Positions 56,260 to 59,226 of a DNA stretch of 59,226 bases are shown piece by piece. The translations under genes and the position numbers were made by a program. Under the pieces are notes generated by a model, which had not been told where the DNA came from, did no database searches, and saw only the letters and a list, made by a program, of their open reading frames with translations. The stretch is from NCBI GenBank assembly GCA_964458615.1, contig CAYWJR010000002.1, positions 19,071 to 78,296 of the forward strand. Direction: 5' to 3'. Origin of the DNA: an uncultured Alphaproteobacteria bacterium. Lineage in GTDB: Bacteria > Pseudomonadota > Alphaproteobacteria > SHNJ01. How positions within the stretch are numbered: position 1 is the first letter of the stretch; every line of letters begins with the position of its first letter.

Positions 56260-58056
56260 TTACGCCGCCTCGCCCGCTTTTTTAACAGGCGGCAGATTCA
56301 ATTTGATGTGCAATTCTTTTAACCGCGCCGGATCGACTTCGGCCGGGGCGTTCATCAATAAATCCTCGGCGCGTTGGTTCATCGGGAATGCGACCACTTC
56401 GCGGATATTTGGCGTGTCGGCCAACAACATCACCATGCGGTCGATGCCTGGCGCGGATCCGCCGTGCGGCGGCGCGCCGTATTTAAATGCGTTCAACAAA
56501 CCGCTGAATTTTTCTTCGACGACTTCTTTGCCATATCCGGCGATTTCAAATGCCTTATACATAACTTCGGGCAAATGGTTGCGGATCGCGCCGGACGATA
56601 ATTCGATACCGTTGCACACAATGTCATATTGAAACGCCTTGATGGTCAATGGATCTTTGTTGATCAACGCGTCCATTCCGCCTTGTGGCATGGAAAACGG
56701 GTTGTGCGAAAAATCGACCTTTTTCAAATCTTCGTTCCATTCGAACATCGGGAAATCGACGACCCAACAGAAACGGAATGCGTTTTCTTCGATCAATTTC
56801 AAATCCTCGCCCATTTTCTTGATCGCGCCGGCGACCAATTTGCATGCGGGATCTTTTTTATCGCAAACGAAAAACACCGCATCGCCTTCGGCGGCTTTGG
56901 TGATTTGTTTCAATTGCGCCAAACGCGGTTCATCGATGAATTTGGCAATCGGGCCTTTCGCCTGGCCGTCGGCCAATGTGATATAACCTAAACCCGGCGC
57001 GCCCTGTTCCTTGGCCCAATCGTTCAATTTGTCAAAGAAACTGCGCGGTTGCGCGGCAACGCCGGCAACACGGATACCGCGTACAATAGCGCCTTTTTCA
57101 ATCGCGCCCGCGAATGCCTGGAACGTCGATCCACGAAATACATCGGTGATGTCTTCGGCGGTCAATGGATTGCGCAAATCCGGCTTATCGCAACCATAAT
57201 GCAACATCGCATCGTCATACGCGATCATCGGAAACGGCAAATCGGTGATTTTGCGGCCTTTTCCGAATTCGGAAAATACGCCATGCAAAATCGGTGAAAT
57301 GGTATTGAAAATGTCTTCTTGGGTTACAAAGCTCATTTCAAAATCGAGCTGGTAAAACTCGCCCGGCGATCTGTCGGCGCGCGCGTCTTCGTCCCTGAAA
57401 CACGGGGCGATTTGGAAATAACGGTCAAATCCCGCGACCATCAGCAATTGTTTGAACATTTGCGGCGCCTGAGGCAACGCGTAAAATTTTCCCGGATGAA
57501 CGCGGGATGGAACCAAATAATCGCGCGCGCCTTCTGGGGACGATGCGGTCAAAATCGGGGTTTGGAATTCGGTGAATCCCGATTCAATCATGCGGCGGCG
57601 CAAGGACGATATGACCTGGCTGCGCAAAACGATGTTGTTATGAATAACCTCGCGGCGCAAATCCAAAAACCGGTAACGCAGGCGGGTTTCTTCGGGAAAT
57701 TCCAAATCGCTGTTGACCTGCAATGGCAAAACATCGGATACGGAATTGACCGCCAGATCCTGGATAGAAAATTCGATTTCGCCGGTTGGAACCTTCGAAT
57801 TCACGGTTTCAGGGGTACGGGCGATGATTTTACCGGTAACTGTAATCACGCTTTCGTTGCGCAAATCGGCGGCTTTTTTGAAAAGCGGGCTGTCGGAGTT
57901 AATAACGCACTGGGTAATCCCATAATGATCGCGCAAATCGATAAACAACAATTGGCCGTGATCGCGCATACGGTGAACCCAGCCCGATAATTTAGCCGTT
58001 TGTCCAACGTGGGTTTTCCGCAATTCGCCACATGTATGGGTGCGATACTGATGCAT
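56260..58056 (-). CDS. aspS: Aspartate--tRNA ligase (probably non-discriminating)
   Basis: [61 protein letters not shown]. His in RDHG is the non-discriminating-type residue. Confidence 0.98.
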   Translation of the reverse strand: MHQYRTHTCGELRKTHVGQTAKLSGWVHRMRDHGQLLFIDLRDHYGITQCVINSDSPLFKKAADLRNESVITVTGKIIARTPETVNSKVPTGEIEFSIQDLAVNSVSDVLPLQVNSDLEFPEETRLRYRFLDLRREVIHNNIVLRSQVISSLRRRMIESGFTEFQTPILTASSPEGARDYLVPSRVHPGKFYALPQAPQMFKQLLMVAGFDRYFQIAPCFRDEDARADRSPGEFYQLDFEMSFVTQEDIFNTISPILHGVFSEFGKGRKITDLPFPMIAYDDAMLHYGCDKPDLRNPLTAEDITDVFRGSTFQAFAGAIEKGAIVRGIRVAGVAAQPRSFFDKLNDWAKEQGAPGLGYITLADGQAKGPIAKFIDEPRLAQLKQITKAAEGDAVFFVCDKKDPACKLVAGAIKKMGEDLKLIEENAFRFCWVVDFPMFEWNEDLKKVDFSHNPFSMPQGGMDALINKDPLTIKAFQYDIVCNGIELSSGAIRNHLPEVMYKAFEIAGYGKEVVEEKFSGLLNAFKYGAPPHGGSAPGIDRMVMLLADTPNIREVVAFPMNQRAEDLLMNAPAEVDPARLKELHIKLNLPPVKKAGEAA

Positions 58057-58165
58057 AACTTATTCTCCGCTTTATATTTGTGTACTAAACCGCTATAGAT
58101 ACTATGTTTTTACGATGTTTCCAACCCCCTTTGCAAAGGGGCCCAAATATAGATAGTTTTAAATA

Positions 58166-59226
58166 ATGATTATCACCACAACCGCTGAACTGGCCAAATA
58201 TTGCGCGCAATGGGCCAAAGAACCATACATTACCGTCGATACGGAATTCATGCGGGAAAAAACCTATTGGCCCATATTGTGCCTGATTCAGGTTGGATCC
58301 AGCCAGGGTGCCATTGCCATCGATCCCATGGCGGCTGGATTGGATTTACAGCCATTTTGGGAAATATTGCAAAATCAGTCGGTCACAAAGGTATTTCACG
58401 CCGCCCGCCAGGACGTAGAAATTTTTGTCAAATTATCCGGCCATGTGCCGAAACCGATGGTGGATACCCAAGTTGCGGCGATGGTAACGGGATACGGCGA
58501 ACAAGCCAGTTATGAATCGCTGGTGCAAAAATTGTGCGGCAAGGATATTGATAAATCCATGCGTTTCACCGATTGGTCGCAACGCCCATTGACCGAAGCG
58601 CACATCAATTACGCGCTTGGCGACGTTACCCATTTGCGCACCGTTTATGAAAAAATTTACGAACGCGCGCAAAAATTGGGGCGCGTCGATTGGATGATGG
58701 AAGAAATGGATACATTGTCCAACCCGCAAACATATATCGTGGAACCATACAGCCAATGGGAACGGATCCGGTCGCGCACGCAAAAACCCAAATTTTTGGC
58801 GTATTTGCGGGAATTGGCGGCGTGGCGTGAAACCGCGGCGCAAACACGCAACGTGCCGCGCGGACGCATTTGCAAAGACGATGCGTTGCTTGAAATCGTC
58901 GCGCACCCGCCGCAAGACATCGCCGATTTCGAACGGTACCGCCATGCGCGCGGCATGATCAGCAACCGCGACAAACCGGAAATTATCGCCGCAAGCAAAC
59001 GGGCGGCGCAATTGCCGTCCGATCAATGGCCGCAGGTGGAAACCCCTCGCCCACTAAGCCAGCATCAGGCCGCATTATCGGAATTGTTACGTGTTTTATT
59101 GCGCATCAAATCGGATGAAAACGGCGTTGCCGCAAAATTGATCGCCACATCCGACGACATCGAGCAAATCGTGCGCGGCCAGGACGAGCAATGCACCGCG
59201 TTGCGCGGATGGCGCATGGACGTATT
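58166..59226 (+). CDS. rnd: Ribonuclease D (runs off the window end; missing from the ORF track)
   Basis: MIITTTAELAKYC...VDTEFMREKTYWPILCLIQ, KVFHAARQD.E, DTQVAAM..GYG.Q.SY, FTDWS.RPL...YA.GDV.HL, HRDC region. Confidence 0.96.
   Translation, partial: MIITTTAELAKYCAQWAKEPYITVDTEFMREKTYWPILCLIQVGSSQGAIAIDPMAAGLDLQPFWEILQNQSVTKVFHAARQDVEIFVKLSGHVPKPMVDTQVAAMVTGYGEQASYESLVQKLCGKDIDKSMRFTDWSQRPLTEAHINYALGDVTHLRTVYEKIYERAQKLGRVDWMMEEMDTLSNPQTYIVEPYSQWERIRSRTQKPKFLAYLRELAAWRETAAQTRNVPRGRICKDDALLEIVAHPPQDIADFERYRHARGMISNRDKPEIIAASKRAAQLPSDQWPQVETPRPLSQHQAALSELLRVLLRIKSDENGVAAKLIATSDDIEQIVRGQDEQCTALRGWRMDV

Noticed and set aside
57319-59026. ORFs 57319-57990 (+), 58201-58515 (+) and 58433-59026 (-)
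   Set aside because: Shadows of aspS and of rnd, which the track missed because it has no stop inside the window.
1-59226. tRNA, rRNA, IS/transposase, integrase or prophage genes
   Set aside because: No cloverleaf or rRNA signature and no DDE, tyrosine- or serine-recombinase motifs were seen by eye.

Overview
59 kb from an alphaproteobacterium (divK-pleD, rpmG, aspS-rnd, CtrA-like boxes). In order: (1) a signal-peptide-bearing RHS/YD polymorphic toxin with an unrecognised Cys-rich C-terminal domain, a TPR immunity candidate and a truncated orphan RHS-core duplicate; (2) a ~12 kb, apparently acquired photo-oxidative-stress island (FAD oxidoreductase, DUF1365, CFA-type methylase, chalcone-isomerase-like, MFS, DUF3833, SDR, old yellow enzyme, glutathione peroxidase, FeS-type photolyase), headed by an OmpR/His-kinase pair rather than the usual RpoE/ChrR; (3) housekeeping and stress genes (two ABC-F ATPases, DUF1800-DUF1501, cspA and a DEAD-box helicase with a long pentapeptide-repeat tail, ohr, pirin, osmC-like, ydbH-ynbE-ydbL with a frameshift in a T7 run of ydbH, TrmH-type methylase); (4) a ~13 kb surface-structure locus, the most novel-looking part: a type I secretion operon with two asymmetric ABC subunits, HlyD and a pseudo-receiver/HATPase, led by a 723-aa Cys-rich, extremely acidic non-RTX protein with 545 consecutive residues lacking Lys/Arg, interlocked with an alternate chaperone-usher pilus whose chaperone gene is inverted; (5) moeB-rhodanese, S41 protease, rpmG, asparaginase, pleD-divK, a GGDEF protein, three poorly characterised genes (one a Cys-His enzyme candidate behind a leaderless, operator-containing promoter), aspS and a partial rnd. 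I saw no rRNA, tRNA, CRISPR array, integrase or transposase. All family assignments come from motif recognition by eye; no database searches were run.
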